Source of the DNA: Octopus bimaculoides
Lineage: Eukaryota
DNA: 64,000 bases
Reading direction: 5' to 3'
NCBI RefSeq assembly: GCF_001194135.2
Contig: NC_068989.1
Location: forward strand, 48,293,607 to 48,357,606
The translations under genes were made by a program, and so were the position numbers. Shown here piece after piece: positions 1-14,076 of this stretch. Under the pieces are notes generated by a model that worked only from the letters and a program-made list of their open reading frames with translations, had not been told where the DNA came from and ran no database searches. Every line of letters starts with the position of its first letter. Position 1 is the stretch's first letter.

Positions 1-609
1 TGGTATGGCCCTTATAAATAAGATGAAAATTATTATTTTAGCAAAATAATTAGAGCGTCATACAAAATGCGTTGCGGCACTTAGATATCTCTTCTAGCCA
101 ATATGCTCTGAGTTCAAATGTTGCTGAGGTCAGCTTTGCTTTCCTCCACTCAATTACATGGAGTACTAGTCAAGTACCAGGCTCGATGTAATCGACTGAT
201 CTAAAAACCTCAAATTCCTGGAGTGAATCACTGGAAAATGTTTACACACATAGTCTATCCTTTCTTTTACCAGTCATGAGATGCAATATTGTTTGTACCT
301 GGTGACAGACGACACTAAACTAACTAGGCTAATTCGGTTCTCGCACTATTTTTGTAATGCCATAGGATTAATTTGTAATACCATATGATTAAACAGTAAC
401 ATAGCAGCGTCGAGCATGAAAGAGATCTTGTAATCTGAGCTCGTAAAGCAGTTATAGTTAGGGTTCTACACATGAAATTATTCTGCACATGAAATCATTT
501 CATTACTCTCCTTTTATTTTGCTAATGAACATTCTACCAATCTCATTTGTCTCCCTTTATAAATGTTGTGACGTGCCTGTATAAAATAAACCAATTTTAT
601 CACTTAATA

Positions 610-1075
610 AAGGTCGAGAGCTGGCATAATTGTTAGCACACCGAGCAAAATGCTTAGCGGCATTTTGTCCATCTTTAAGATCAAAGTTCAAATTCAGTTC
701 TGCCGAATTTGATTAGCCATTCATCCTTTCAAGGTTGATAAAACAAGTACCAGTTGACCACTGGGGTCGATGTAATCAACTAACACCTTACCCCGAAATT
801 GCTGACTTGATGCCGAAATTTGAAATCAATATTATCAGTTAATACAAGGCGGCGAGCTGGCAGAATCGTTAGGGCGTCAGGCGAAATGCTTAGCGGTATT
901 TCGTCTGCCGCTACGTTCTGAGTTCAAATTCCGCCGAATTCAACTTTGCCTTTCATCCTTTCGGGGTCGATTAAATAAGTACCAGTTACGCACTGGGTTC
1001 GATGTAATCGACTTAGTCCCTTTGTCTGTCCTTGTTTGTCCCCTCTATGTTTAGCCCCTTGTGGACAATAAAGAA
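610..1075 (+). mobile_element. Two tandem copies of tRNA-derived SINE family A (head ggcgagctggcagaatcgttag)
   Basis: A/B-box-like head (…gagttcaaattccgccg), central cctttcatcctttcggggtcgat..aagtaccag block; 848-1075 is near full length; many further copies in the window. Confidence 0.85.
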
Positions 1076-1748
1076 TTAAATATTATCAGTTAATTTTCGG
1101 CTATTGTAAGCCGAGGGAACGACACAGTTTCGAATTTGGATTGTTTTTTTTTTATATATATATTCTTAACTCAAGAAGAAAGGCAATGCCCATGGCTTCT
1201 TTGCAGGGCCACCGAAACTGTTAAGAGAGAAGTATAGGAGTATCTTCAAATCGGGGACCTGGCCTGGATTCTTGCAACAGAGTGGACTCCGCTAAAAACA
1301 CCCAAAGTACCAGACGGTTAGTAGTTAATCCATATTACGAATTAAGTCTACCACTCGAGAAGCTATGGAAGGATTTGAACTCAGATCTCAAAATACTGGA
1401 GCAAATATTCTAAGGTATCCTATTCAACTTTCCTATATTTCTGCTAACTAACCTCCCTTGATTGCTATTGTTTATAAATCCCAGAAGGGTAAAAAGTAAA
1501 GTTGATCTCTGACAGATTCGAACCTGGAGCGCAGGAAGTCGGAATATATCAGATGTTCTAACGGCTCTTTCAATTACTCCATCCCCATCTCAGCCCCAGC
1601 CCTTCTTTTTGTATTTCTATGACTACATTATCCAATGTGTTTTGTCCTTTTTAAAACAGTAGCGTGTGAATTGAGGAGATTTTGTTGTTATTTCTCGGAG
1701 CCCGCTGAATCTGGAAATCTCCAAGAAATTTCACTACGCTTAAATACA

Positions 1749-1782
<34 letters not shown>

Positions 1783-2021
1783 TTGAACTTCTGCACAGCT
1801 CTATCTGCCAAATTGAACTCTCAAAATCACAACGGTATTAGTTAACCCAAGGATACAAAAATATCACTTGCCCAAAATGCCGCGTAGAGCGATTGAACAC
1901 TAAAAATGCGCGAGAGTGAAACGAACTTCTTAACCACCTAGCCATGCCCGCGCATTTTCGTGGTTTCTCTTCTACCGTGCTTGTCAATGTCAAATATAGA
2001 TATCAGCACCACTGGCTAGAT

Positions 2022-2345
2022 CAGTGGTTTCCAAACTTTTTCAGGTTGACCCCCCACCCCCACCCCTTGACACCCAAGCCACATTCCTACTGCCCCTACC
2101 CCAACTAACCATCGCAAACATAGACCGCTTTCTAAAGCAAATTCAAAGTAACTGTATTTCACAAATAAAACTTAACCTAATGAACCCATTATTTTGTTGC
2201 TTTTACATGAATTGCCACCCCCATTATCGTCCCAATTTTTACATGAATCGCTACCCCATCATCACCCCACATTTCTTCAATGTCCCCTTGGAACTTTCCA
2301 CCGCCCCAGGGGGCTGAGCAATACTGCCCACTTTGAGAACCACTA
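2022..2345. mobile_element. hAT (Charlie-type) MITE
   Basis: TIRs cagtggtttccaaa / tttgagaaccacta; 8-bp TSD ggctagat/ggttagat. Confidence 0.8.
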
Positions 2346-2401
2346 GGTTAGATGGACGGATGTAGAAAGGGTACCTGATTGTTAGAGACGTTAGAATAGA
2401 A

Positions 2402-2413
2402 AAAGATACATAA

Positions 2414-2461
<48 letters not shown>

Positions 2462-2600
2462 AGAGAGAGAGAGGCAGACAGACAGACACGTAAGAAGGTA
2501 CTTTGGGATGAATAGGTACGAAAAGTATATATACAGTATGTGTGTGTGTGTGTAGAGAGAGAGGGAGAGGGGGGCGAGAGGGAGAGAGATAGAGGTAGAT
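2402..2600. repeat. (GATA)n, (GA)n, (TG)n compound microsatellite
   Basis: Direct reading. Confidence 0.95.
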
Positions 2601-3427
2601 TTCACAGCCTTTCCTTCTTGTTTTCTGTTGCTGTTTCCTTGTGACCACGAGATAGATATGTTATGTAAAATGTGTCAAAGTGTGGAAGCGAACAGATTTT
2701 CTTGCGTAATAATACATCAGGCGCAACTCAAAAGTAACATGGGAAACACAAAGACAATTTATTCCCAGCAAAACAAAGCTAAATTAATCTAAACTGATCT
2801 AAACAACTAACTAATCACAACAGTGTACACACGTGTGTATATGTGTGTATATGTATAGGTATGTGCGAGTGTATCTATATAGATATACATATATATATAT
2901 ATATANNNNNNNNNNNNNNNNNNNNNNNNNNNNNNNNNNNNNNNNNNNNNNNNNNNNNNNNNNNNNNNNNNNNNNNNNNNNNNNNNNNNNNNNNNNNNNN
3001 NNNNNNNNNNNNNNNNNNNNNNNNNNNNNNNNNNNNNNNNNNNNNNNNNNNNNNNNNNNNNNNNNNNNNNNNNNNNNNNNNNNNNNNNNNNNNNNNNNNN
3101 NNNNNNNNNNNNNNNNNNNNNNNNNNNNNNNNNNNNNNNNNNNNNNNNNNNNNNNNNNNNNNNNNNNNNNNNNNNNNNNNNNNNNNNNNNNNNNNNNNNN
3201 NNNNNNNNNNNNNNNNNNNNNNNNNNNNNNNNNNNNNNNNNNNNNNNNNNNNNNNNNNNNNNNNNNNNNNNNNNNNNNNNNNNNNNNNNNNNNNNNNNNN
3301 NNNNNNNNNNNNNNNNNNNNNNNNNNNNNNNNNNNNNNNNNNNNNNNNNNNNNNNNNNNNNNNNNNNNNNNNNNNNNNNNNNNNNNNNNNNNNNNNNNNN
3401 NNNNNNNNNNNNNNNNNNNNNNNNNNN

Positions 3428-3475
<48 letters not shown>

Positions 3476-3478
3476 GTA

Positions 3479-3534
<56 letters not shown>

Positions 3535-3810
3535 TTTTATTCTCGATTTCTTTTTCCATCGTCATCATCATCAACAACATCATCATCAACGTCATCGTCG
3601 TTATCACTGTTATCTTCATCAGTAGCAGCATCGTCATCGTGATTGTCTTCACCGTCATCCGCATCGTCGTCATCGCTGCCGTTGTCGTCTTTATCAACAT
3701 CATCATAATCATCATCATCATCATCATAATCATCATCATCATCATCACCAATGTCATCATCGTCGTCTTCATCTTCCTCAATATTGTCATCATTATCATC
3801 ATCACTTTCA
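3428..3810. repeat. (CT)n/(CTAT)n followed by degenerate (CAT)n microsatellite
   Basis: Direct reading; source of spurious poly-M/I ORFs. Confidence 0.95.
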
Positions 3811-3996
3811 AAATCATCGCTCTACTACTTGTTATTTATCTGTTATCACCTTTCTTGTTATTGCCGCCAGGTCATAATATATACAATATAACATACACAA
3901 AGTTGTTACAGAATATATGAGGATGAACACAACAAATCTATATAAAAATTTATAGAAAAATTGGTGGAAGGAGGAAGATGTTACGCAACGCACATA

Positions 3997-4041
<45 letters not shown>

Positions 4042-4764
4042 ATATGTATATGTATATACACACCAACACACACATGCTGATTTTTTATTAAGACTTGTTA
4101 AAATGTCTTTTAATTGCACACGGCACAAAATCATTATTACAGAAAACAATTAAAGGTATATCTGCAAAATGAGATATAATTTAAGGAAGCACAGACACAC
4201 AAAAAAAAAACAAGATAAACTACACATGCGCACGATTGAGAACAACCAACTACGTTGGGTCAGGTTACCCCACTATTTTTGGAACTATCCAGTCCTCATT
4301 TTAGAACTTGGTGCATCCAAGGGCACCTGCGAGAAATTTCTGAGTTGGAGAAAAGAAAATTATTAAACATCCCCTGAGAATATCTGTTTATGAGGTGACC
4401 AACCATTGGTGTGATCTTCAGCAATATCCTATCGTCTGGATCTCTTTTAATCTCCGTCTCCTTTTTTCTCCTTCTCGAACGCTGTAAGGTCGTCATTATT
4501 GCGCTTCAGAACGCACACCATTAATTCCAGGGCCGCTTTGCTTATTTTCTGGCTCGTAAACCTCTGGTCGTGCCACGGATAGCAGTGCCTTTTTAATTTT
4601 TTTTTTTTTTTTTGCGGCGTCATTGACTTCCTTCTGTAATTTCATTTTTTCTTTCTTTTTTTACTGTCCGCCAGGGTTTGTCCCTCCTATCCACCCTCCA
4701 TTTGCTTTTTGTCGAAAAAGGATGGAGTAATACCAATGGAAGGGTAGGAGCATCCACATTTTTT

Positions 4765-4940
4765 TGGTTGTTGGCTTTCGCTTCTTTTGGTCGTTGGCCT
4801 TCGCTTCTTTTGGTCGTTGGCTTCCGCTTCTTTTGGTCGTTGGCCTCCGCTTCTTTTGGTCGTTGGCTTTCGCTTCTTTTGGTCGTTGGCTTCCGTTTCT
4901 TTTGGTCGTTGGCCTCCGCTTCTTTTGGTCGTTGGCTTCC
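4765..4940. repeat. 23-bp minisatellite (CGCTTCTTTTGGTCGTTGGCYTY), about 7-8 copies
   Basis: Head-to-tail units with no spacers. Confidence 0.9.
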
Positions 4941-5808
4941 TAATCAGTTTCCAGTTTGACAACTCTTCGAGCTGAGAATTAAATGATTTTTACCATCGTT
5001 TCCGGGTTTGGTGCCCTGAGAATACTAATCGCTATATCATGCTGTTGTTGCTGTTACTGCTAGTGCTGATACTGCAGTCTCTAGTGTTCTCTTCTTTGTC
5101 TTTTGCTTTCCACGAAGAAATCACTAGATATAACATTGTAATTTTCACAACTCTTCTCGAGAGATATATCAGGCAACTTGATATGTCTGTTGTGCAGGTA
5201 TATCAAGCAACAGTACTTGTGTATCCATATCAAGCAACAGTATATACATACGTAATTAAACTTCTTATTTAAATGAACCATATCTTCAAAAATTTAGCAG
5301 ACATTTCCAGACATTATAAAAATTAACAATTCGATTTATAGGGTATACAAATTTAATAGTTTAGAACTATAAACAAGAAAAAAATGTAAAACAATGAGAA
5401 AATAAATTATTTTCTTTCTTCTATGTTATTTGAAACCGTATCCTCCACATTGCGAAGATATTACTTTTAAGCGCTTCATAATCATGTTTTTGTTTTTGTT
5501 TTTTTTGTTTTTTTTTTCATGGTAACACCAAGGTAGACCTACCTAATCGTTTACTAATCGGTTATTAACTTTTAAACAACGTTATCAGAATGTTGATTAG
5601 GACTTGAAATAATCTTTATTAAAGAATGTTATTTATGGTTGAAATTTAATCGATTAATAACAGATACAGATCAAGTCATACTAATTGTATTGATTATCTC
5701 CTTTCGTATGCTTACAGATCATTAATCAATAACTGTAAATATAATTATTTAAAAACTTGTATAAATGTGTTGATTTTAAAATAGTTACACGATTGGGTAA
5801 TATATGCA

Positions 5809-5844
<36 letters not shown>

Positions 5845-6231
5845 NNNNNNNNNNTATATTTGTGTGCTTATATGCGTGTATATGTACATGTGTACATGTA
5901 TGTATGTGTGCGCGCGCGTTTCTATGCATCTATTAATTATCAGTGGAGTAAATAATTTGATATCTACATATATATAAGATTTCAAGTAATCATATTTGCA
6001 GTTATTGGAAAAATGGTTTGCAAGCATGAGAAAGCGGATAATCAATATAATTAGTATGACATAAACTATATCGGTTATTAAGAAGTTAAATTTGAAACAT
6101 ATAAATAACTTTCTAGGACTAATAAATCTGTTACATATGCATATATATATACATACACATACATATGTGCGTGTGCGTGAGTGTGTATGCGCGGTGTCCG
6201 TACGTGTGTACGTGTGTGCGTGCGTGTGTGT

Positions 6232-7230
6232 GTATTGACTCTGCTATTATAGGGAATTGCAAAATCTATGATCTTACAAAGTTTATTTATTTTCTCCTCT
6301 GTGAACATATCTGGTTCTTACCTTAATAGTACTGTCAGTCATTATGGGGAAATCCCACGAGATCTTGTGATTCTCATTTCCTATCAAAGTTTCTGGTTCA
6401 TGTTTCACTTTTCTCTTGTTTCGAAATCACACACTCGGATAACATCCCAACTCACTCTTCTGCTTACATATTCATGTTTGCATTTATACTCCTTTTGTGC
6501 TTGTACACTGCACTCAGTCAAAAAGTGATTGATACTTTCCTTTCCTGTAAATTCTACATATGCTGTCTGATTGGGTTTTGTCGATCTTTGCCTTTATCAG
6601 GTTTGTTCTAAGGGCTTGTTCCTCTGTGGCTATAATTAGTATTTCTGTTTCTCACTTCAAGTTTCCGCTCATCAAGCAGAGCCAACGATCTTTATTTCTA
6701 ATATTTTCGGTTTGTTGTATGAATTGGCCATATATCTCTTTCCATCTTTTTGTTCTGTTCTTCCTTTTCTCATTCTCTGAATTTTTCTACCGTTTCGATT
6801 ACTTTTTTAGTATCTCTGGCAGCCGACAGTATTTTTTCTTTACTCTGCACAACATAATTTTTTCAGACCCTGTATCGCAGTATTATTAACAGTGTCTTTT
6901 GCGTTTAGTAATCCTTTGCCATCTTCCTTTCTTGATAGACAGAATCAGTTGATACTACCTTTAGGACCGAGTGCGTCGTGCATTATGAGCAGCTTTCTAG
7001 TTCTTCTATCCAAGTTTCGTAGCTCGATCTTTGTCCATTGCAGAAAGGGAGCAGAGTATCTCAATATGGGCGCAGTCCATGTATTTATAGCTTTAATGAT
7101 GCTCCAGCTATTTGATTTCGTTCCGGGCGCCTTCCTAATACTCTTCAGTAACCTTCTCTCTCATTTCTTCTTCCCTTATCCTATCGTTTTGCAGCACTCC
7201 TAGATATTTGTACCCCTCATCATTCCACAG
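6232..7230 (-). mobile_element. R4/Dong-clade non-LTR retrotransposon, post-RT, CCHC and RLE fragment (decayed)
   Basis: Minus-strand peptides AINTWTAPILRYSAPFLQWTKIELRNLDRRTRKLL, ESINHFLTEC..QAQKEYK and CKIIDFAIPYNSRV; frameshifts and stops. Confidence 0.8.
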
Positions 7231-7249
7231 CGATCTAATGATGTTGTTG

Positions 7250-7250
7250 G

Positions 7251-7329
<79 letters not shown>

Positions 7330-7340
7330 ATTATTATTAC
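7250..7340. repeat. (ATT)n(GTT)n(ATT)n microsatellite
   Basis: Direct reading. Confidence 0.95.
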
Positions 7341-7660
7341 TACCTCCGCCTTAGCGAAGGCGGAGGTGTTGTTTTCAGTCTTGTTCACCCACCCACCCTC
7401 CGAATATGTCATGGCATCTGCGAAATTACTTGTGAAAATGGATCTTGTTAAATTTCTTCCAACTACTTGAAATATTTCGAATTTTCGTCAAATTTTGCTG
7501 TTTTTTTTTTCATTTCATATAGTGATGTAACTTCTTTATAATTAATTTCTAGCCAAAAAAAAAATGAATGATTTTCATCAGCATACAAAACTACACCTTA
7601 AAATTAATTTGCTAAAAATTTGAAATACTTAAAGTTGTTGAAAGATATTTAACAAAATCC
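7340..7660 (+). mobile_element. Helentron/DINE-like non-autonomous element end
   Basis: Hairpin tacctccgccttagcgaaggcggaggt followed by gttgttttcag, resembling the acctccgcc..ggaggttatgttttc starts of such elements. Confidence 0.45.
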
Positions 7661-7829
7661 GTAAAAATATTTGTCTTCATGTTTTCAGCGTGAAATACGC
7701 TACATGCTCTTAACAGAATTTTACCTCCAAAATTCTGCTTCTTAATATTTAATATCTTAATATTCCAACATGATTAAATCCTTTTCATTTTAAGAAGTAG
7801 TAAGCACGAGAGGACATTTATTTAAATTC

Positions 7830-9530
7830 AATCTTATTTTGTCGTCCAGCAAATCAACAGCCACTCCTGCTACAAAAGAATACGAATTAACTGTTGCAAA
7901 AATTAAGACTAAAAAGATATCTCACTGTGTCTTACAAAATGTCAATGCAAACAACAACAGAAGCGACCATGACAACAATAGAACCAACCAAACTAATGCA
8001 ATCATCTCCACCTGCGAAAGCAACAAGAAAAACAATAATGATGACATCTAAGACAGTAACATCAAACCATCAGTTACTCAAACTCAAAATCAGGTCCGTT
8101 GTTTACTTGTGCAATGCAAATGTGAGTTTATTTAGCTTTGAAAGACGAATGGGGTTCTAGCCAGGCCAGAAATAATTGTGCTTCCCCGAGAAGAGCGGTA
8201 AAATAAAGAACCCATACCAATAATGCCTTAACAGAAAAAGCAGATGTGTTGATAACCTAACAACAGCACAAGCAGAGAAATACTAGGAGGATTTGTAAGA
8301 ATCGGTATGGCATCTGAGGAGAGGAAGGCAGTTTGGAACGGTAGGATAAGTGACATCAAACAATATACCACCTGAAATAAACTTTAATTATTTTAGAATG
8401 TCTTTAGATAAGTACGAAAAGAATGTTAATATGAGAAAGACCCACACACAAAAAAGGAGGCCGAACTAAAAATAAAGGTACAGATACTGCTATCTCAAGA
8501 AACCTAACAAAATATACCCGAACACATTCACCTGAAGAATGGTTATCTCGTAAGAGTTGTGGTGAAAGGTTGGAGGACCAAATGTTACTCTTGTGAAAGC
8601 ACTGACCACCAGAAAGTTTTTGTCTACTTTGTAAAAAGAATTTAAACTGCTTTGTTTCCTACGTCGCAGCTACATCAACAACTCCAACACCAGCACCAAG
8701 GACTGCAGAAAACAAGACCCTAAATGCAGACATACACAAAAATCAGTCTTCAACTTCCCCCTCTAAGTCATCGTCAGATAATAACGAGAAAAAAGGATGG
8801 ACCAAGGGAATAGCAAGTGATCACCAGAAAAGTCCAAAAACAAAGGATGAAAAACCATAGCTTCATCACAAAAAAAACAGACGTAAACAAAATGTCGAAA
8901 AACACTCAAAATTGTCGCCCACCAACATGTGACCAAACAACATTAAAAATAACAAAAATAACAAACTCCAAATCCCCAACAACAACCAAAACCTGCTACA
9001 ATGCTGGATAACACAGCGAAACACGCAAATAGAAAGCATTGTCAACTTCACCATCTTAAACAAAAGCAACAGTGAGCTGATGGACGGCCTAAAAAAAAAC
9101 TCATTGTAAAGACGAAATAACAGAAGGGGAAGAATTTGATATATTCATCCCTCAAACGCCTAAAGGCAGATTACTAATAATAGCGTCAAAGGTCATTAAT
9201 CGTGCCCTCTTGAGCAATTTCCTAGGGAATCTTGAGATTTTTAGCAAAAACTAATCAAGACATTAATTATAAGGGCCTTTTAAAGAACTTCCGCCGAGAA
9301 AACAACATAGACCACGCCCTATTCTCGATTGTGAAGATGAGTGACATCCATCTGCTTTCTCTCAGAGTAGAATGTATAAATGTCCGTGTCAGTTGGGGTC
9401 AGCTTGAAAGTAAGGTCACTTAATCAATGACTTCAGATCATTAGACGTAGATGTGGTAGCCATTACCTAAACCAGTATTTCTGAAACGCACACACTGAAC
9501 TCAATTTTTGATGACTACAAGACATTGACA
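7830..9530 (+). mobile_element. L1/Tx1-like LINE, decayed ORF1 and start of endonuclease
   Basis: IPEHIHLKNGYLVRVVVKGWRTKCYSCESTDH zinc-knuckle-like peptide (about 8515-8610); NVR...DFRSLDVDVVAIT-like APE start (about 9380-9470). Confidence 0.6.
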
Positions 9531-10341
9531 ATTCTTTTACAGAAACAGTTTCAATAAAGTCAACCCGAGGCTATAGTAGATGACACGTGCTTTTCAAATT
9601 TGCTTTTAAAATTCTTAGAGCTCTCTATTGTATCATTAATAATCAATCTTCAACAACGTATCGAACAAGATCGTAATGTTTTGATTCACATGGACAACCG
9701 TTCTTTCCTTCAGAGGGCACAATACCTTCAATTGGTTTGTCATCACAAATATTAGATGACAAACGTAAAGAGGTAGATCTAACTGATGTCTGTAGTGCAT
9801 CGTTAGACTTTAAGGCTGATAGAATAGTTTTCAATGTTTCTTTTTTTGGTTTCTGCTTCATGTTGAAGACGCAATTTTTTACTTCATGGCCGCTGTTTAA
9901 ATTTAGATTCACTGGCCTAAACCGCTTAGCAGATAATCCATACGCTTAGCGACATATATTACAGNNNNNNNNNNNNNNNNNNNNNNNNNNNNNNNNNNNN
10001 NNNNNNNNNNNNNNNNNNNNNNNNNNNNNNNNNNNNNNNNNNNNNNNNNNNNNNNNNNNNNNNNNNNNNNNNNNNNNNNNNNNNNNNNNNNNNNNNNNNN
10101 NNNNNNNNNNNNNNNNNNNNNNNNNNNNNNNNNNNNNNNNNNNNNNNNNNNNNNNNNNNNNNNNNNNNNNNNNNNNNNNNNNNNNNNNNNNNNNNNNNNN
10201 NNNNNNNNNNNNNNNNNNNNNNNNNNNNNNNNNNNNNNNNNNNNNNNNNNNNNNNNNNNNNNNNNNNNNNNNNNNNNNNNNNNNNNNNNNNNNNNNNNNN
10301 NNNNNNNNNNNNNNNNNNNNNNNNNNNNNNNNNNNNNNNNN

Positions 10342-13070
10342 TGAATCTAAATTTAAACAGCGGCCATGAAGTAAAAAATTGCGTCTTCAACATGAAGCAG
10401 AAACCAAAAAAAGAAACATTGAAAACTATTCTATCAGCCTTAAAGTCTAACGATGCACTACAGACATCAGTTAGATCTACCTCTTTACGTTTGTCATCTA
10501 ATATTTGTGATGACAAACCAATTGAAGGTATTGTGCCCTCTGAAGGAAAGAACGGTTGTCCATGTGAATCAAAACATTACGATCTTGTTCGATACGTTGT
10601 TGAAGATTGATTATTAATGATACAATAGAGAGCTCTAAGAATTTTAAAAGCAAATTTGAAAAGCTCCGTCAAAAACATGTCGGTTACTGTGATCCAGCAC
10701 ACAGTCCAGATGAATTATCAGTGGCAGAAACTGATAGCATTATTATGAACAGGTAGCATCCTATTACAGTTTTCCGAAAGTTACAAATAAACGTAGAGAA
10801 ACTAGAAACGCAGTAGCTTCGCTGTGACAATGATGTATAGGAAAATTAACAACGGTGAACATCGTCTTAGAAGCAAGATGAATTTTCTTTCTTTTTTTCC
10901 GGAAAGCGCAGATACAATTTATTGCTTTTGCTGCAACGTTCTTCACTGTTCAAATGAGTCTTTTTTTTTTTTTTTTAGGAAAATCTGGAAGTATGCTCAT
11001 GAATATTTGCAGTTGCATGAAAATTCAGTACATCATGCGGAATGTCTTAAGAAGTGGTTTGAGACATCACTGCGATTGCAGACTAATAAAACTATTTATA
11101 AAAAGACGAAGACATGGAAAAAGAACGAGAACACTAGTATAAAGCTTTGGAACGTTTAATGAACATTCTGTATGTAACTGATCACAATTTACCTTTCGGA
11201 AGAACTTCAAATACATTATTTACACCGTACAATGAGATATTTTTTTTCTTTTCGACAGTGTTGAGCAACTTGTAAAATTTACTCTGACAATGAACGTCGG
11301 GTTGTGTCTATTTCCGTCGGGTTTATGTCTAAAGAAATTCACATTTACTATTGAGGAAAACATTTTCAGAATGAAATAATCAATTTGTTGGAAAATGTTG
11401 TTCAGGAAAATATATTAAACCGAGCTAAAGAAGACAAATATTTCATCCTTATCTTAGACTATATGCCAGATATAAGTCATGTTGAGTAGCTTTCAGTTAC
11501 AATATGATTTTAGATGTATAAATCATCTCAATAAAGAAACTTTTTGCTAGTTATAAACCAGTTATAGATACTACAAAAGGCGAATTTTTATACGAAAGTA
11601 TACTTGACTTTCTGAGAGAGATCAAGCTAGAATTCCATAACGGCAGAGGTCACGACTATGATAATAGTTCAGATATGAAGAGGAAGAATTAATAGGTTCA
11701 GACGCAGATCATGATGGAAAATCCACGATTTTTTATGTTATCTGATTGTTGATAGTGTAACAAGTCACCGAATATCCACTTCATTGCTTTGGTACTGTCT
11801 GGCGTTTATGTTTTATTTTCTGCCTCTCCTGAACGACAGTATATACTGGATAAAAATTATTAAATACCTAACTGCAAAACTATTTTTACGGGACTAGATG
11901 AAATGCAGATTAGAATATACGACAAAGCCATTAAATATGAAATTATGAGAATACAAGACCTTAATTTTCAGAAATATCTGCTTTTGGTGAGAAAATGCGA
12001 AATGAAGCAGAAACTTTTGTAATCGCAGATTATAGTGATGATGAATGTCTGATATGTCTTAGACAGAGTAAATGTTGTCAGTAAAACTGTACAGAATCCC
12101 AACGCGGAACTTGTCAACAGCGGTTTCATAATTAAATAACGTCACTAATTAATTATCATGCAAGGAATGTGAAGCACCGCGAGTAACAGAAAATAAATTT
12201 CCTTCAAATGTAGATGCTGAACCGATTTTCAAGAGTAAAAGAATATATCGAAAAAAAAAAATCAATTCGAATATGAATCTAATGACGAAATCTGAAATGC
12301 AGATCACCCAGGTAGGAGTCTCTTTTTTAATTTTTAATAATGTGTTCAATGTAATACTCGACACAATGTGAATATTTCATGAGAGATATTTTGAAGAGTA
12401 ACAAAGTTGTAATAACACATACATAGATAGCATTAAAATTTTACCGTTAAAAATTATCTGAAATTAGCATATCAACGTTTGGCGGACAAGTTAAGGTACT
12501 ATGGCTGAACTAGATATTCCTAAAGAACTACTATGAAGATGTTGAAAGCTTCTTGAAAAATCCATTATATTCCACAATAACAATAACTTACAGGATGTCA
12601 GGCCAAATCTGTGGTGGTATGCCTAGAATAATTGTGGCCACTAGAAAGAGTGAAGTTTCAGTTAAGTGACCCCAGATTTCGAGTTCTTCCCTAATTATTG
12701 CTATCAGATACTTTAAGTGTCCTTAGAATTGTCAATTTCGTTCACTTAAATAGGAAGACCTACTAACATTTCAAAAGTTAAAAAACTTGAGCTCGAAGAT
12801 AAACTCAGCGACGCCTCTTTCTACATTGTATTATGAGATATCTGATAACAAGCAACATCTTCAGTAGGTTTGCTGATCTGTTGGAGCCTGTAATTACATT
12901 TCTGAAAAAGGAAAAGAATAAAATCCTATCAACTGGAAAATTATGAACAGAGGCAATAGTGACGACCAGAGATGAATAGATGAAGAGAGGCTCATTCAAC
13001 TTACCTATCTCACAGTTTTCTTGGGAGGAGAAAATCAACGCAGAAACCAATACTAGTGTCGAGTTATCAG
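10342..13070 (+). mobile_element. hAT transposase remnant (ZMYM1-like)
   Basis: TIYCFCC...LHENSVHHAECLKKWFETSLRLQTNKTI (TTF zinc finger), QNEIINLL...KYFILILD..PDISHVE, GRGHDYDNSSDMK, and a degenerate dimerisation region (EERL); many stops and frameshifts. Confidence 0.8.
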
Positions 13071-13269
13071 GCTCAGATAGTTAGTCTGAAATGGTGGGGG
13101 NNNNNNNNNNGGGGGGGGGGGAGGAAAATCACAGAAATAATGTTTAGATCTCACAGTGTATTCTGTATAAGAAAGGCCAATGACAGTGTCATAATCATTA
13201 CACAACTCGGTTAAAGGCCGCCTTAAGAGATTTAATGGTTCTAGGCTTCAGCCTGCCAAGGTTATAGGT

Positions 13270-13910
13270 AAATACGGTACAGAATAAATGCAAGATCTGG
13301 TTCCTTACCGATATCATGAATCATCAACGAACTCACAACTTGACATCCAACGAAAGGATAAGATGTTTCTCATCTTACACTGACAATTTTAAACTTTCAG
13401 AATTAAATTCCAGTGGGAAAGTTTAAAAAATTCCTAATATTGAAATAAAAGACTGCAAATTAGAAGAATACACCTATAATTTACAGGGATTATTTCGTAA
13501 TTTCCTAACCAGGTTTAATGATTTGCAGAAGTTGAAGCCTTACTTCACCTTTCTTGTAAATCTATTTATTGTTGACGTGATCATTGAAAGTTATCTAACT
13601 CTCCAACACCCAGTTCAGAATTGTCTACTGAGGAAATGGAACTAATGGATTTTACAGGAAAATCTTGGCCTAAAAGTGGTCCACAAATCGCAGACTATAA
13701 CTGTATTCTTGAAACAAGTTCTAGAAATATAAAATCCTGAACTCCATTTTCCGCACGACATTCTGTAATGAAGTGTGTGAAGTTGAAACAGCGTGCACTT
13801 CCTCCAACTAAACACCTGACAGAACTATTCTGTTCAATCTTGACAATGATACATTAAACCTAAGCGGAGAATATGGACAGGTTAAAACTCCGAATAACTA
13901 AGATACAGTT
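13270..13910 (+). mobile_element. Charlie/GTF2IRD2-like hAT transposase 3' remnant
   Basis: LWFLTDI..., FLTRFNDLQKLKPYFTFLVN and EMELMDLQ-like peptides. Confidence 0.55.
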
Positions 13911-14035
13911 CATTACGAAGTTCAGACTAACAATAAACCGCCTGTGGGAGCTTGAAACAAAGAGACAGATATACTGTTTTCAGGACAGTTATAGACTTCC
14001 GACCACTCAGCTACTCGAACACAAACGAAAACAAA

Positions 14036-14074
14036 CAGTCTAATGAAGGGTTGTGAATCCGAAAGCGCTCAGTG
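14036..14074 (+). ncRNA. Degenerate minimal hammerhead ribozyme (probably inactive)
   Basis: cagt-CTAATGA-A-GGGTT(gtg)AATCC-GAAA-GCGC-TC-agtg: hammerhead layout with palindromic stem III AGCGCT, but CTGA mutated to CTAA and a mismatch in stem I. Confidence 0.4.
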
Positions 14075-14076
14075 AA

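Noticed and set aside
848-940. tRNA-like A/B-box sequences here and at many other sites
   Set aside because: They are SINE heads that continue into shared SINE bodies and do not form complete cloverleaves.
2833-3920. Long track ORFs here and at 14576-15683, 37891-38635, 39579-40378, 46870-47628, 53632-54700
   Set aside because: They are open only because of N-gaps or microsatellites.
4765-4940. CRISPR-like regular 23-bp repeats (also the 19-bp repeats at 14077)
   Set aside because: No unique spacers, no cas genes, eukaryotic context.
12985-13060. Minus-strand splice-donor-like aggtaagt suggesting an exon
   Set aside because: It lies inside the decayed hAT dimerisation region on the + strand, with no partner exons.
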